Positions 26,783 through 40,075 of a stretch of 64,000 nt of DNA are shown one piece after another. Both the position numbers and the translations under genes were made by a program. The number at the start of each line of letters is the position of its first letter. Position 1 is the stretch's first letter. The notes beneath the pieces were generated by a model that worked only from the letters and a program-made list of their open reading frames with translations, did no database searches and was not told the DNA's origin. The DNA lies in NCBI GenBank assembly GCA_951406725.2, contig OX597824.1, positions 41,912,001 through 41,976,000 of the forward strand, in the 5' to 3' direction. The stretch comes from Octopus vulgaris. Its lineage: Eukaryota.

Positions 26783-26895
26783 TACAGGGTTGCAGTGAAT
26801 AAATTGTCGTCTAAATTACGTAAAATGTAAATAACACTGTCATCTCATTTTAACAGATATAGTTACATCTTAAAATACTAAAGAGTAAATTTACA
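26783..26895. mobile_element. Terminal fragment of the maT/DD37D transposon seen at 61290
   Basis: tacagggttgcagtgaataaattgtcgtctaaatt...aataacactgtcatctcattttaacagatata matches 61290-61420. Confidence 0.8.
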
Positions 26896-27105
26896 TTTCA
26901 CGGATATTTTCCTTCATCTTGTTTGTTGTTAACACGACGTTTCGGCTGATATATCCGCCAGCCTTCATCAGGAGTTTTGGGGAAATTTCGAACCTGGGTT
27001 CTAATTCCTAAGGTATTTTTCGATGTTGTTGTTGTTGTTGTTATTATTAATATTATTATTCGGGTCACTGCCTGGAATCGAACTCGGAATATTGGGGTTA
27101 GTAGC
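26890..27105 (-). mobile_element. tRNA-headed SINE-like element with hammerhead-containing tail
   Basis: Minus strand: gctactaaccccaatattccGAGTTCGATTCCaggc (tRNA 3' half, B box), (AAT/AAC)n linker, HHR motif, tail ending gtgaaatgtaaat. Confidence 0.65.
26931..26976 (-). ncRNA. Minimal type I hammerhead ribozyme motif
   Basis: aactc-CTGATGA-a-ggctgg(cggatata)tcagcc-GAAAC-GTC-gtgtt: canonical core, 6-bp stem II, palindromic ACGT stem III, GUC site, stem I 4 of 5 pairs. Confidence 0.8.
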
Positions 27106-27501
27106 TTAAGTGATTTTGGTACATTATTTGGTACATTAATTGGTTTTATAAAATATTCTTTTCTATCCTAGGCACAATGCCCGAAATTTTGGGGGAGGGT
27201 CCAGTCGATTAGATCGACCCCAGTAAACAACTGATACTTAAATTATCGACCCTGAAAGGATGAAAGGCAAAGTCGACCTCGGCGGAATTTGGCTTTAGAA
27301 ACAGCACCACTAAAACCAACTATGGCTACGATATGATGATAACACATTTATACTCAGGCGATAATTTAAGTGTCAGTTGTTTACTGGGGTCGATCTAATC
27401 GACTGGCCCCTCCCCCAAAATTTCGGGCTTTGTGCCTTGGTTAGAAAAGAATATTTTATAAAACCAATTAATGTACCAAATAATGTACCCAAATCACTTA
27501 A
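27106..27501. repeat. Inverted duplication (~130-bp arms) including part of a family A SINE and its flank
   Basis: 27106-27235 is the reverse complement of 27373-27501 with a few mismatches. Confidence 0.9.
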
Positions 27502-27506
27502 TGTAC

Positions 27507-27538
<32 letters not shown>

Positions 27539-29255
27539 TATATATTATGTATAAAAATTGTAAATATCATTACAATACAATAGTATTATTTTCCAGCGAA
27601 ATAAAGCACCGTAGAAGTAGAATTACAAATAGGAAATAGTGGCACAACAAAGTACCAATTTTTGCTGGAAATAGCAGTCAATAACCGTACGGCGCTAAAT
27701 ATGCTTCACTGAATTTATAGAAGCAAAGATGTGTGCGGGTGCTGAACATTTCGTCTTACCTCTAAGAAGAACGCTAGAGAAATGGACAACCTAGTCTCAT
27801 GTTTCGGATTTTTCAGAGTACGTTTGTTATCGTAAAACTGATTGGTTTTTCGCCGGCTAGGTCTACCGGAAGACTAAATTTAAAATATCCGCTACATCAA
27901 TGACTTTATTCTCGGCCAATAGCCCTAGCCATGAGCAACATTATTTTTTCCAGCGAAATAAAGCACCGTAAGGGTAGAATTAAGTCTTCCGGTAGACCAA
28001 TCAGCTTTACGATACTAAGCATATTCTGAAAAGTCCGAAACTTCCTACTCAATAGGCTGGGGTAAGATGGCGACGTGGCAGAATTCGTAGCACATCAGGC
28101 AAAATGCTTAGCAGCATTACGCTCGTCTTTCGGATTTTGAAAGTTGGCATTATTTTATTGCCGGCGAAAGGCTTCATCTGCGCAGTAGATTTTGAAAAAA
28201 TTAGGATGTATAAAAAAGAGGCATATAGTTGATCGACTCGTGTTTATATATTTAATCTAAGGTGTACCTGTTGAGAAAGATTTCACCTAGCGAGTAAATA
28301 TTTATTTGCTAAACTAAAATCAGAAACCAATTGGTCCAGGAAACTAGATGGTAAAATGTTTTTTATTTTTTCATTTCGTTCCTTCCGAGATTTTATCCCT
28401 AATTTTGTGGTTATAGAACCTAGCTGTTCTTTCTAGCGTGCTGAATCCCACGAGTGGATTCCTCATGTGTTTAAATGTACACTGTATTTTATGAGTAATA
28501 CATAGTCTTTGGACTAAATTTTTACACGTTAGGCCACTGGAAGTGAAAATTTCTATTAATTTCCATTTCCCTTTGATATGATTAAGTATTTATATATATT
28601 TATATATATATATATATATACATACATACACATACATAAGCATAAGCACGCACACACACACACTCAGAGTCACGCACGCGCATACACAGACACAAACTCA
28701 CACACACACATACACACAAACACACACACACACATGTTCAGAGCTTGTTTTCATGATTTTCTTTCCTTTTTCTGTTTACTCGTTTTATATTTTTAGTGTA
28801 TTTTTTATACTTTAAATCCTTTTTCCCTGTTTCACATACAAGAATTTCGTCTATTAATTCTCTTATTTTCTTTCGTTCTTTTTTCTTTCCTTCTTTCTTT
28901 CTTTTTTATTTGCTTTCTTTGTTCATTTATATATTTGTTTCCTTTGACACTCACTGACACCAAACACATTCTTCCTTTAAATCATTTTATACCAAGCCAA
29001 CTGTTTCTTCCCTTGCATTGTGACAGAAATGGCACCAAATTTATCACTAAAATGCCACCAAGAAGCCTGACTGGACAATCCAGGTCGAGAATCACACAGC
29101 TGTTGGGTGGCCATCTTGCCAAGCACACGCTAGCTAGTCACGTCACATGAGCAATTAGTGATGTGTGAGTGCGTGCATATAGACACATCCACCCACACAC
29201 ACACACACACACATGTATACATGCATATACGTATATATGTAAACATGCATATACG

Positions 29256-29286
<31 letters not shown>

Positions 29287-29926
29287 GTATGTATATATGT
29301 ATGTATGTATGTATTTAATTAGAGAGGTAGAGACAGGAAGCTGGTAGAGTTAAAAATATCTTAGCGTACGAATCGTTCCAATTCAAATAAATTATCCGCC
29401 ATTTCTTTCCTTCTTCTATCCTTACTCTGTGAGGTTTCTTTATCAATTTTGTTGCTGTTCTTGTTGTCTTTATTTTGTTAGTATTATTACAGTTATAGTA
29501 GTCATTATTGAGTTCTCTCTCGTATCTCTCTTCGCCGTTTCTCTTTTCTTTATGATCCGATATTTTTCATTTTTATATTGAGGTTTTCCTACATCTACAG
29601 ATGACTTATTTTTTTTAAATTATTCATTTTGTTTTCATGTTGTTTCAACTTTCAGTTATTCTTTCTATGCACATCTATACACAACTATGCACGTCCATAC
29701 GTTCTCTTTCTTCCCACCTTACTCTCAACTCTGAGTTCACGCATTTTCTTACTCCTCTTTTTCTTGCTCTCCATCATCCTCTCACTATCAATTTAACTAT
29801 TAATTTAACTATCTATCTATCCATCCATCTATTTATCTACCAATCTTTTTTATATATCTACCCACAGGATCGTCTTCACACTCGCACACGCACACAAACA
29901 CGCACACATACGCATATACGTATATA

Positions 29927-29982
<56 letters not shown>

Positions 29983-30111
29983 TGTATATATATGCATGCA
30001 TGTATCTATCTATGTATATATCTATATATGTGCGCATATATATACATATACATACATATATATGTGTATATATATAAGTATATATATATATGTATATATA
30101 TATGTATATAT

Positions 30112-30200
<89 letters not shown>

Positions 30201-32307
30201 CGCTCAAATATGAGGTGGGGTAAATGTATGTGAAATATGATACTAAATGATGTGCAAACGGTAAGTTAAGAGAAAATAAATCATGACATTCATATTAGAA
30301 TAAATATATCTCTTGATAATTGTATCTCTATATTCTTCTCTTTCGTCATCATCATTCTTCTTCTCCCTCCTCTCTCCTCCTATCTTCCTCTTCGTTGTTC
30401 TTTATTTCTGTCTCTATATTTCCTATACCATCTGTTTAAAGCCACACTTTATCTGTTACTATTTCCCATTTTCTGTCTGTTTCGTCCATACTTTTCCTCA
30501 TCTGCCTCTGTGTGAGTATGTATATATGCATAGGTACATACATACATGCATACATACATACACACACAGATACACACACACACATATGTACATATATACA
30601 TACACATATATATACATCCCTTTTAAAATGCTCTCTGTGAAACCAACATTCTCCTTTCCTCTCTCTCTCAGCCTCTCCCATTCTCACTCGCTCATCGACG
30701 TATCTGGTTATTAATCAATTTATCTTTCATCTCATCATTATTTGACTTTTCACTGACTCCCGCTTTTCATTCTTTCCATTCTATTCTTTCTTTCGGTTCG
30801 TTCCCTTAATCATGTAGTATTTGTTTTTCCTTTCTTTCTTTCTTTTTTCTTTCTTTCTTTCTTTCTTTCTTTTTTCTTACTTTATTTCTTTCATTTATTC
30901 ACCCATTGATTCATTCAGTTCTTTATTTTTGGTTGTGTATTCTTCGTAACTCTTACATCGACTCTACCGTACTAACTGGTTTTTATCCCTAGATCAGCTC
31001 TGAAAAAGCAGCTGTATGTTCCACAACCATTCCAGCTATGGCCATCATGTCCACAATACCAAACATATTTTCTTTAATACAGTGGATTAGTTGGAATGTG
31101 TGTTAAATTTAGCTTCTGTTTTTGGCAGGTAAAATGTCTCTCATTCACTCCTATACATCTATCGTACGTCTATATATTTTACTTTCTATCCATCCGTTAC
31201 TCTCTTGCTCTCTCTTCTTGCTTTCATCGCTTTCTCTCTCTTTCTCCACTATTCGCTCTTTCTAGTCCTCAAGGCCTCCTTGACTGGATTACCTCCCACT
31301 CCCCTTATACCGAATCGCATTACCCCCAACCCTACAATCATCACCACATCTATCTTTCAGTCAATCTCCCCTATGGTTTCTCCGAACTCTGGTATTGTTT
31401 CTGTTTTTTCCTTTCAGCCCTTTCACTGTACAAACCTTTGTCAACACCTTCTATCTAAGTCAAAGCGGAACTTTTAAACAACAATATATAACAGTCAAAC
31501 ACTACACACTTCCACCTCCGCGTGTCGTATTTGTTTACAATCGATGATCTTCTTTCTCCCACTTAGCAACCTACTCCAACAACAAATACTTAAAACATCA
31601 AAGCTATAGATATTCGCTGAATATTTTTTGAAAAATCTGAACATTTTTCAATTCAATATGGGAGGAGAAGAATGTTACATAAAATTGACTGACGTGTGTA
31701 ACGACCTATCGTTTCATTACTATTGCATTTGATTTCTAGTCTACTCCACTGGTGATATTATTATTTGTGTAGAAAAATCAAAACACTTAATATTATCTCA
31801 TAAACAGGGGTTCTTTAACAGGTAGCTAAATGTTGCTTTTGGTTCTAAAATTAGCAAGAAAAAGATACAAACGAAGGGACCCCCACATAAACGTATTCGA
31901 AGGCAGGGCATGGAAATATTTTGATGGGGTGTCGATTACTACAGGATAAAATTTGCATAACATGCATGTCATCTAAAACCCATATCGCTGAGATGCGAGG
32001 CATAGATTCTACATCATTGCCCTAATGGTTGAAATGTCTTTGCTCACAGACCTCTCAATTTCAGACTTTAAATGAAATTAAACAACAATAATAGCAAACT
32101 GAAAAAAATCATTAATAAATATCCGATTACTGATGCTGTTCACAATATTCGCTAAAAATCATGCGAAATAACCCTGCGACGAACTAGCTTTCAGTTGGTG
32201 GGGTGTCGGTCTGTTTTCCTGGTCATCTGAGTGGTATCATTGGAAAGTAAAAACTCTGCGAAGCGCATTGTGACCAGCGATATATAACAACATTCAATAG
32301 TCTAGTC

Positions 32308-32561
32308 TAGTGGTTCTCAACCATTTTTTAAAACTTATGGACCCCTTTGATTCCTATTTTACTCTACAGGACTTTTATAGCCATTCGATGTATATAAAAT
32401 GCATCTTACTGTATTCTTAAAATTAAATATTAAGAATTGTATTAAAAAAATTAAAATATTTTATGTATTGTAGAAGTATCAATAATTTATAGATAATCAA
32501 TTTAACAATAAAATCTTATGTGGACACCCAAGGACCGTATGGAGCCCGTTTGAAAATCACT
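32308..32561. mobile_element. hAT/Charlie-like MITE nested in a family C SINE tail
   Basis: Ends tagtggttctcaacc / gtttgaaaatcactg. The SINE C tail is split around it: gcgcattgtgaccagcga before, gatcacgtgatcacgtgata after. A related 5' end lies at ~41417. Confidence 0.6.
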
Positions 32562-34767
32562 GTTTTGTCGATCACGTGATCACGTGATATTTTAATGTTA
32601 TAACGCTTTTAAAAAGTGGAATATCAAAATGTGCGTTGTTTATGCCTCTATAAATATTGACATTTCAAATAAAAAATAAAACGTAGCTTATCAATAAGTA
32701 CAACTGATATGCAATGGATACTCTTAAAATTTATCGCATGTCGCCAGCAATAACTGATATGTGAACCTCGCTTCTCTCCTGGCACTTGAAATACCATGCC
32801 TTGAAAACTATATATGGGAATTGAAACGGGATTAGGTGACCTTTATACTTTACCAAAAGCATTAAGTAACATTAACAGAGAATCGTTACCGCCTTCCAGA
32901 CGTGTTTTCCGCTGGCTTATAACTTCAGCTTTCTGGTGCCGAATGACTGAATAAAAAAAATATAATTTGGATGTTCGATATCAATTAAATATTTATTCTA
33001 ATGTTTATTTTATTTTGAAATTTCCTCTGTTCATTTATTTATTGTTTAATAATCTCATCATCTATTTGGTTGGTTGGTTGGTTGGTTGGCTGTTTATATA
33101 ATTTTTTTGTGGCTGCTATGGTTGTTAGCGTTCTTGCTGCTGCTGTTCTTAAATGATCGTCTGACGAAATGTAAACCGAGTGACGAAAAACACAAAGACA
33201 ATATTCAGTGAATCTAGCGCTGATGGATAACGTATTTGAAATTTGTAAGTCGACCGCCTTTTGATGAATCGTATGGCAAAAATCGCAAACACACAACAAC
33301 ATCAATAACAAAAAACAAAAATAAATTTACAAAAGCAAACAGCCAAATATTTATCATCAGCTCATCTAAAGACAAATACTCACAGGAACTTAACTTCACC
33401 AGTATGTCTGGAGAATTCCACCGCCAACCCCAACCGCCGCGTAATAAAAAAATAATAAAAGCCAAATTACACAAAACAAGATAATTTCGATCGAATTAAA
33501 AATAAAAATAAAATGGCTGCAAAAAGATTTAGAAACATACAAATAAATATTTAAAATTTTCGAGATTGAAGAAGCTTTTTTCATGATTCTTTGTTAGCTT
33601 GGTGACATAATTTCTTTTATATAAACGCCATTATTATTATTGCTGTTGTTGTCTTCATCGTTGTCGTAGTTATCATCGTCATCATCATCATGAGCAGCAG
33701 TTTCCTCATCGACGTCGTCATCGTCATTACCGTCATTGTCAGATCAGCATTATCATTGGCGTCGTCGATGACGTTATAATAATGAAGATGATGATGATGA
33801 GGAAGAGGAAATGAAAGAGGGGGATCATCATCATCATCATCATCATCATGTTCATCATCTCAGTCTTTGTTTTCGTTGACTACAACCGCCACTGCCACCA
33901 TCAGTGCCACAACCACATTGACCATCACCACGACGGCCACCACCTCTACAGCAGCACCACCATCACCATCATCATTCTCCTTCTTCTTCTTCTCCGCCTC
34001 CTCCTCCTTCTTCTTCTTCTTCTTCTTCTTTTTCTCTCCCTCTTCCTCCTCCTGCTTCTTCTTCTTAATCTTATTGCTGTTATTATTATTCTATTGTCAT
34101 TGTTTTTATTTTATTTTGCTCATTACATCATTATTTCATCTCGAATATTCGGAAAACGCATATCGCCTTCGTAAATATTTGTCCAAAAATAACGATGCAC
34201 AAACAAAACATTTGAAATGAAAATACAGTCAAGACGGGGTGGGTGATGGCCGGGTGGGGGTTACGGCAGAAATGGAGAAATAAAAATTAATTAAAAAATG
34301 TCCTAAACAAAAATACATTAACAACGTTAATATGAATTCTATTGCTCCATTTTTTGTGATGGCGGTGGTGGTGGTGGTGGTGGTTGCGCGGGCTTTTCTT
34401 TTTTTAATCGATTCCTTGTTTCATTCTCTTTTATCTTCAACGTCTTATTCTTTATTTTACTCTCACGCTTTCCCTCCTTCAGTGATTCTTGAGACTTCTC
34501 ACTTTGCTAACAGCACTCTCTCTTCTTTAGCTGCTTTGTTACATTCTCTTATTTTCATTCATATATGTATGCATACATGTATGCAAATATATATGTATGT
34601 TCGTATGTATGTATGCATGCATGAATGCATATATGTATGTTTGTATTGTGCAGGTATGTATGCAAGCATATTTGTGTTTGTATGTATGCATGTATGCCCG
34701 TATATATGGATGGATGCATGTATGCATATACGCATGTATGTATATATGTATGTTTGTGTGTATGTTA

Positions 34768-34813
<46 letters not shown>

Positions 34814-34898
34814 AGTAGTTGAATGAATTATCTTATTAAGGATAATTCGAAAGATAACCGATACCTGGGTATCAACTCCATTCTTTCATAAACTTATA

Positions 34899-34948
<50 letters not shown>

Positions 34949-35034
34949 AATCCAAACGGGAAACAAAAAAACAACAACAATGGAACAATTACAGTATTAT
35001 TATTAATAGGCGCTCAGGAAATGGAAGCAGGGAG

Positions 35035-35069
35035 GTATGACGTTTCGAGCGGAGCTCTTCGTCGGAAAC
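35035..35069 (-). ncRNA. Variant minimal hammerhead motif (U4C) in probable PLE 3' tail
   Basis: gttt-CCGACGA-a-gagc(tcc)gctc-GAAAC-GTC-atac. Confidence 0.6.
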
Positions 35070-35779
35070 ATAAAGAAGGAAGAGAGAGGAAAGAAAGATC
35101 CCGGAGCGGGCAACGGAGATAGAGAAAAAAACGACTGGTGTTAGGAGTAGCACATGGTGAAAGGCGGATGTTTACGATAACAAGAGCAAAGTGGGTTTTT
35201 AAAGGCAAAAGAGTGGAGACAAGGTTGGTAACGCAACAGATGTGTGTGTATGTGTGAGTGTGTGCGTGTGCGTGTGTGTATGTGTGTGTGTGAGGCGAGG
35301 TAAAAAAACAAAAAATATATGTATGTGTTAGTGTGTGCGTCTGTGTGTAGGCGTGTGAGGTAGGGCGAGACGGTGGTCAGCATAGCAGCAGCATAGCAGA
35401 CAAAGGTCAGTAGTAAGAAAAGGGAGGAAGGAGGAAGGGAGGGAGGGGAAGGGGTGGGGGCGTATGTAGCGTGCCAGCGTGTGTTGAGTAGTAGTGTGTG
35501 TGTGTGTCCAGTGTCGTGGTAGTATTAGTGGCGAGTAGATTGAATGTGTGTAAGAGTAATGTATATGTTTAAGCAATGTGTGTATATGTGTGCGCGTGTG
35601 TGTAACGAAAAAAAAAAAAGGGGGGGGTTTAGGAAAAGGACTCCAGCGGAGGGGAAGATGGAAGAGTGGTCCCGCGGAGACGGGCGTGGGAAAACCCAAC
35701 GACAAGCGACATCCCAGGAACGGGCGGGAGGTCTCGTCGGGTCCAAGGGCGAGGTGCATGCGGCGCGCATGCGTGCGCG

Positions 35780-36893
35780 AACCGGCGCAAGCGCGTGTGT
35801 GCGCGCGCCTGCGAGTGTGCGCGTACGTATGTGTGTGTGTGGATGTGTGAGTGTGTCTGTGTGTATGTCTGGGTGGCAGTGTGTCCGATGAATGTATGTG
35901 AGTATGTGTGTATATATGTGTGTGCATAGATGTATGTCCGTGTGTGTGTGTGTGTGTGTATGTGTATGAGTGTGTATGTATGTACGTGTGGGTGTGGGGA
36001 AGTGTGTGTATGTGCATGTGTGTGCGCGAACATACAGGTGTGTGAGTGAGTGCGTGTGTGTGTATGTATGTGTGAGTGTGTATGTATGTGTGTGTAGGAT
36101 GCATGTATGTGTATGGGTGTATGTATGCGTGTGTGTATGTATGTATGTGTACGTGCGTGTGTGTGTGTGTATGCGTGTAGGTGTGCGCGTGTGCATGCGT
36201 GCATGTATGTGCGTATGTGTGTGTGTGTGCATGTGTGTGGGTATATATGTGTGTGCGTATATGTGTGTGTATGTGCGTACATGTGTGTGTGTATGCATGT
36301 GTGTGTGTAGGTGTGTAGGCGTGTGTGTATAGGTGTATGTATGTAAGTATGTATGGGTGTGTCCGTGTATGTGTGTATGTATGTGTGTGTATGTAGCTGT
36401 GTGGGCGTGTGTATATGTGTGTGTATGTAGGTGTGTGGGCGTGTGTATATAGGTGTATGTATGTATGTCTGGGTGTGTCCGTGCATGTTTGTGTGTGTGT
36501 GTGTATGCATGTGTATGTAGGTGTGTGTGTACGTGTGTAATGTATGTGTGTATGCGTGTGTATGCGTGCGTGTGTGTATGTAGGTGCGTGTGTATGTGTG
36601 TGGGAGTGTAGGTGTGTGTGTGCGTGTGCGTGTTTATGTTGGTGTGTGCGTATGTGAGTGTGAGTGTATGGGTGTTTGTCATGCATGTGTGTGCGCGTGC
36701 AGGTGAGTGTGTGTGTAAGTATGTGTGTGTGTATGTTTGTGTGAGTGTGTATGTGTGTATGTCTGTGTGTATGTATGTGCGTATAGGAGTATGTAGGTAT
36801 GTGTGTGTGTATGTATATGGGTGTATGTATATATGTGTGTGTGTGTGCATGTGTATAAGTATATGCGTGTGTGCGTATGTGTGTGTATGTGTA

Positions 36894-36935
<42 letters not shown>
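35780..36935. repeat. ~1.1-kb degenerate (GT/GTAT) low-complexity tract
   Basis: Direct reading; source of the 541-, 441- and 293-aa spurious ORFs. Confidence 0.9.
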
Positions 36936-36938
<3 letters not shown>

Positions 36939-37154
36939 TACTATTGTTTCCACCCAACGTGATTTTCCACAAGTACAGCTATTTGATTATGCAACTGTTA
37001 TTCAAGCGTTGTCTCCCTTAGTTTAAAATCTTCGACTTCATGGCCATCTCATCTGTCCGTCTTGGTCTGAATTTTGTAGCAGTTGGTAGATTTATGTTAT
37101 TTGGTGGCAGAGTGTGTTTGTTTGACTGCAGTCAATTTTTTCAATTTCATATAC

Positions 37155-37191
<37 letters not shown>

Positions 37192-37337
37192 CACGTATGT
37201 ACGTATGTGTGTATAAAAAAATTTAAGTACCAGGCTCGTGATACTCGACAAAATATTTCAAGGCTGAACCCCGGCATAGCTGCATTCTAATGACTAAATC
37301 AAGGGATAAAAGATGTTCACAGACACACAGACACACA

Positions 37338-37407
<70 letters not shown>

Positions 37408-37699
37408 ACAAACACACATATATTATATGCATCTCCCCCTCCCCCCTCTCTATATATAATATATATATATATATATGTATGTGTACATACGTACACACAT
37501 ACAGACATACACACGTACGTATGTGTGTGTGTGTGTGTTTGTGCTTTTATGTGTCTTTGTCCCCCAACATTGCTTAACAACTGGGGTCGACTAAGCTCTT
37601 TAAGATGTTGCCCCACCATGGCTGCAGTCCAATGATTGAAGTAAGTAAATCACAAAACATAAAAGATACATACACGCACACACAAGAACCTGAAATCAA

Positions 37700-37990
37700 C
37701 AGTAAACTTTTTTACGGAAACATTCATACTGACAGACTCTATCTCAGAAGAAAGAAAGAAAAAAGAGGTTTACGATCTTTGTGGACATTATTCGAATGTC
37801 CTGTGTTTCACCCGAGACAGAATCTGGTAAATAACGGCTGTAAAATTAAAAATGTCAATCAAATGCTCAAAAGCGATCGCTTGCGAATAGGTAGTATATT
37901 CCTCATGAAGTACTGATGACACTCCCTGAAGAACCCAGATGTACAAGAATAGCCCACCTTTACGAACATTTGGAGGAGAATCATTCAGCA
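37700..37990 (+). mobile_element. Decayed R4/Dong-like LINE fragment (post-RT region)
   Basis: NIHTDRLYLRRKKEKRGLRSL resembles the DVDRLYxPRKxGGRGL motif. Confidence 0.55.
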
Positions 37991-38645
37991 TTCTGCAAAA
38001 AAGGTTACGTTACTTGACTTATAATCGTAATGATATTAACTGTAACTAATATATTAATTTCTTTTGGGCCTGTGACCGTTATAACAATTCAAATCTCGAA
38101 TATTGTACTTTTGCAATCCAAGAGCAGGTAGTAATTATGAAATGCTTCTTGAGCAAGACAAACAGCGAATCAATTAAACCATCGTGATGCAACCAAAATG
38201 GTGATTATGTTTCATTTCCGCGGAAGACATTGCACGTGATCATCAGCTGTAATAGAACTAAATGATATTTAACTTGTACTTTAAATGACGTTCTTTAGGA
38301 TAACGTGAAATATTGAACTTCAGATAGAATAAAGTAAAATATAGCTATGAATAAAAGGTGCGTAGGTTATGAATTTTGATTGAAGAGATGGGGCTGCGAA
38401 ACAAAATGTTGCAAGGGGTCTCTAAAAGTCACGCTACGTGCCTGTACATACTCACACACACACACATAAAGACACACACACACACACATACACACACATG
38501 CCCGCACACACCGGTCAAATACAATGCATTGCCATTTCTATGTTAGCTATGCTAAAAGCTGCGTCTCATCAGCTGGGACTGAAAAGTCATCTTCGCTGCG
38601 CAACTCATTAACAAGCTGTCATACTCATTGTTGAGTCAACTTCTA

Positions 38646-38678
<33 letters not shown>

Positions 38679-38901
38679 TACATACAAGCACACGTACATG
38701 CACACATGCATACATACATATGCACGTACTTGTATGTGTGTGAGTGTTTGAAATTATCTCACTGTTTCTCTTTATTTTTATCAAGTCCATCGGAGCAACT
38801 TCTCTCTTTTAGCTCTTTCTTTTGCTAACCTCTACTCTCTCTCTCTCTCTCTCATATTATGCATGTATGTATGTATGTATGTATGTATGTATGTATGTAT
38901 G

Positions 38902-38972
<71 letters not shown>

Positions 38973-39005
38973 GAATCTATCTGTCTTTTTGTCTGTCTAT
39001 AAATG

Positions 39006-39038
<33 letters not shown>

Positions 39039-39093
39039 ATATAGCTAGCTAGCTATGTCTGCTGTCTGTCTGTCTGTCCGTCTGTCTATCTAT

Positions 39094-39136
<43 letters not shown>

Positions 39137-39181
39137 ACTTTTTTCTGTCTCTCTCTATCTATCTATCTATCTATCTAGCTA

Positions 39182-39219
<38 letters not shown>

Positions 39220-39894
39220 TAAATTTGTCTGTCTGTCTGTCCGTCTGTCTTTTTTTCTTTCTATCTATCTATCTATCTATCTCATTGTCTATCCTTTTCT
39301 CTAAATAACTGTTTGTCTGTATGCCTGCCTGACGCATTTCCCCACACCCATCACCCTCCCTCACCCGCCCCCACACCGCATAGCACACCACTATCTAACA
39401 CGGAGACGTAATAAATCTTCACTCAACATCTCAACACAAATCATTCCGTCCGTCAGCTTGCGTATGACTATTGTAATACAAACCCTGTCACTAGAAAAAC
39501 CGAATGCACAATAAATACACACACACAGTCACACACTTACATACACACACTCACAAACACGCTCACACACACACACACACAGAAGTAAGACTCTTCTTGT
39601 GCACAGCATCATTTTGAAGAACAGCAACTAATACACAAACACACAATCACATACACACACACACACACACATACACGGATACACACGCAAACACACACAG
39701 ACTTGTACAGACACATGCCAACATGCACACATACACGTACGAAGACTCCGCGCACTCACGCATCGTTTTGAAGAACAGCGGCTAATAGCTTTGGGAGGGA
39801 GCGTTATCTGAAGGTTATCGTCATTAGCTGACCAGTGACCAACGCAACTGGGCGTTCCAAACGGAATGACGGCTGATAGTAGCTGCGGCGGCGA

Positions 39895-40075
39895 TGGCGG
39901 CGGCGGCGGCGGCAGTGGTGGTGGTGGGTGGTGGTGGTGATGGTGGTGGTGGTGATGGTGGTGGTGGTGGTGATGGTGGTGGTGATGGTGGTGGTGGTGG
40001 TGGTGGTGATGGTGGTGGATGGTGGAAGTTGTGATGCTGGTATTATAAGCTGGTGCTGGTGCTGGTGCTGGTGGA
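39895..40075. repeat. (GGC)n/(GGT)n microsatellite
   Basis: Direct reading; explains the poly-H/P ORF. Confidence 0.9.

Noticed and set aside
29100-29125. Minus-strand GGCAAGATG resembling the miR-31 5' end
   Set aside because: The match ends after 9 nt and there is no precursor hairpin.
35328-36953. 541-, 441- and 293-aa His/Thr-rich ORFs
   Set aside because: Translation of a degenerate (CA)n tract that lacks stops by composition.
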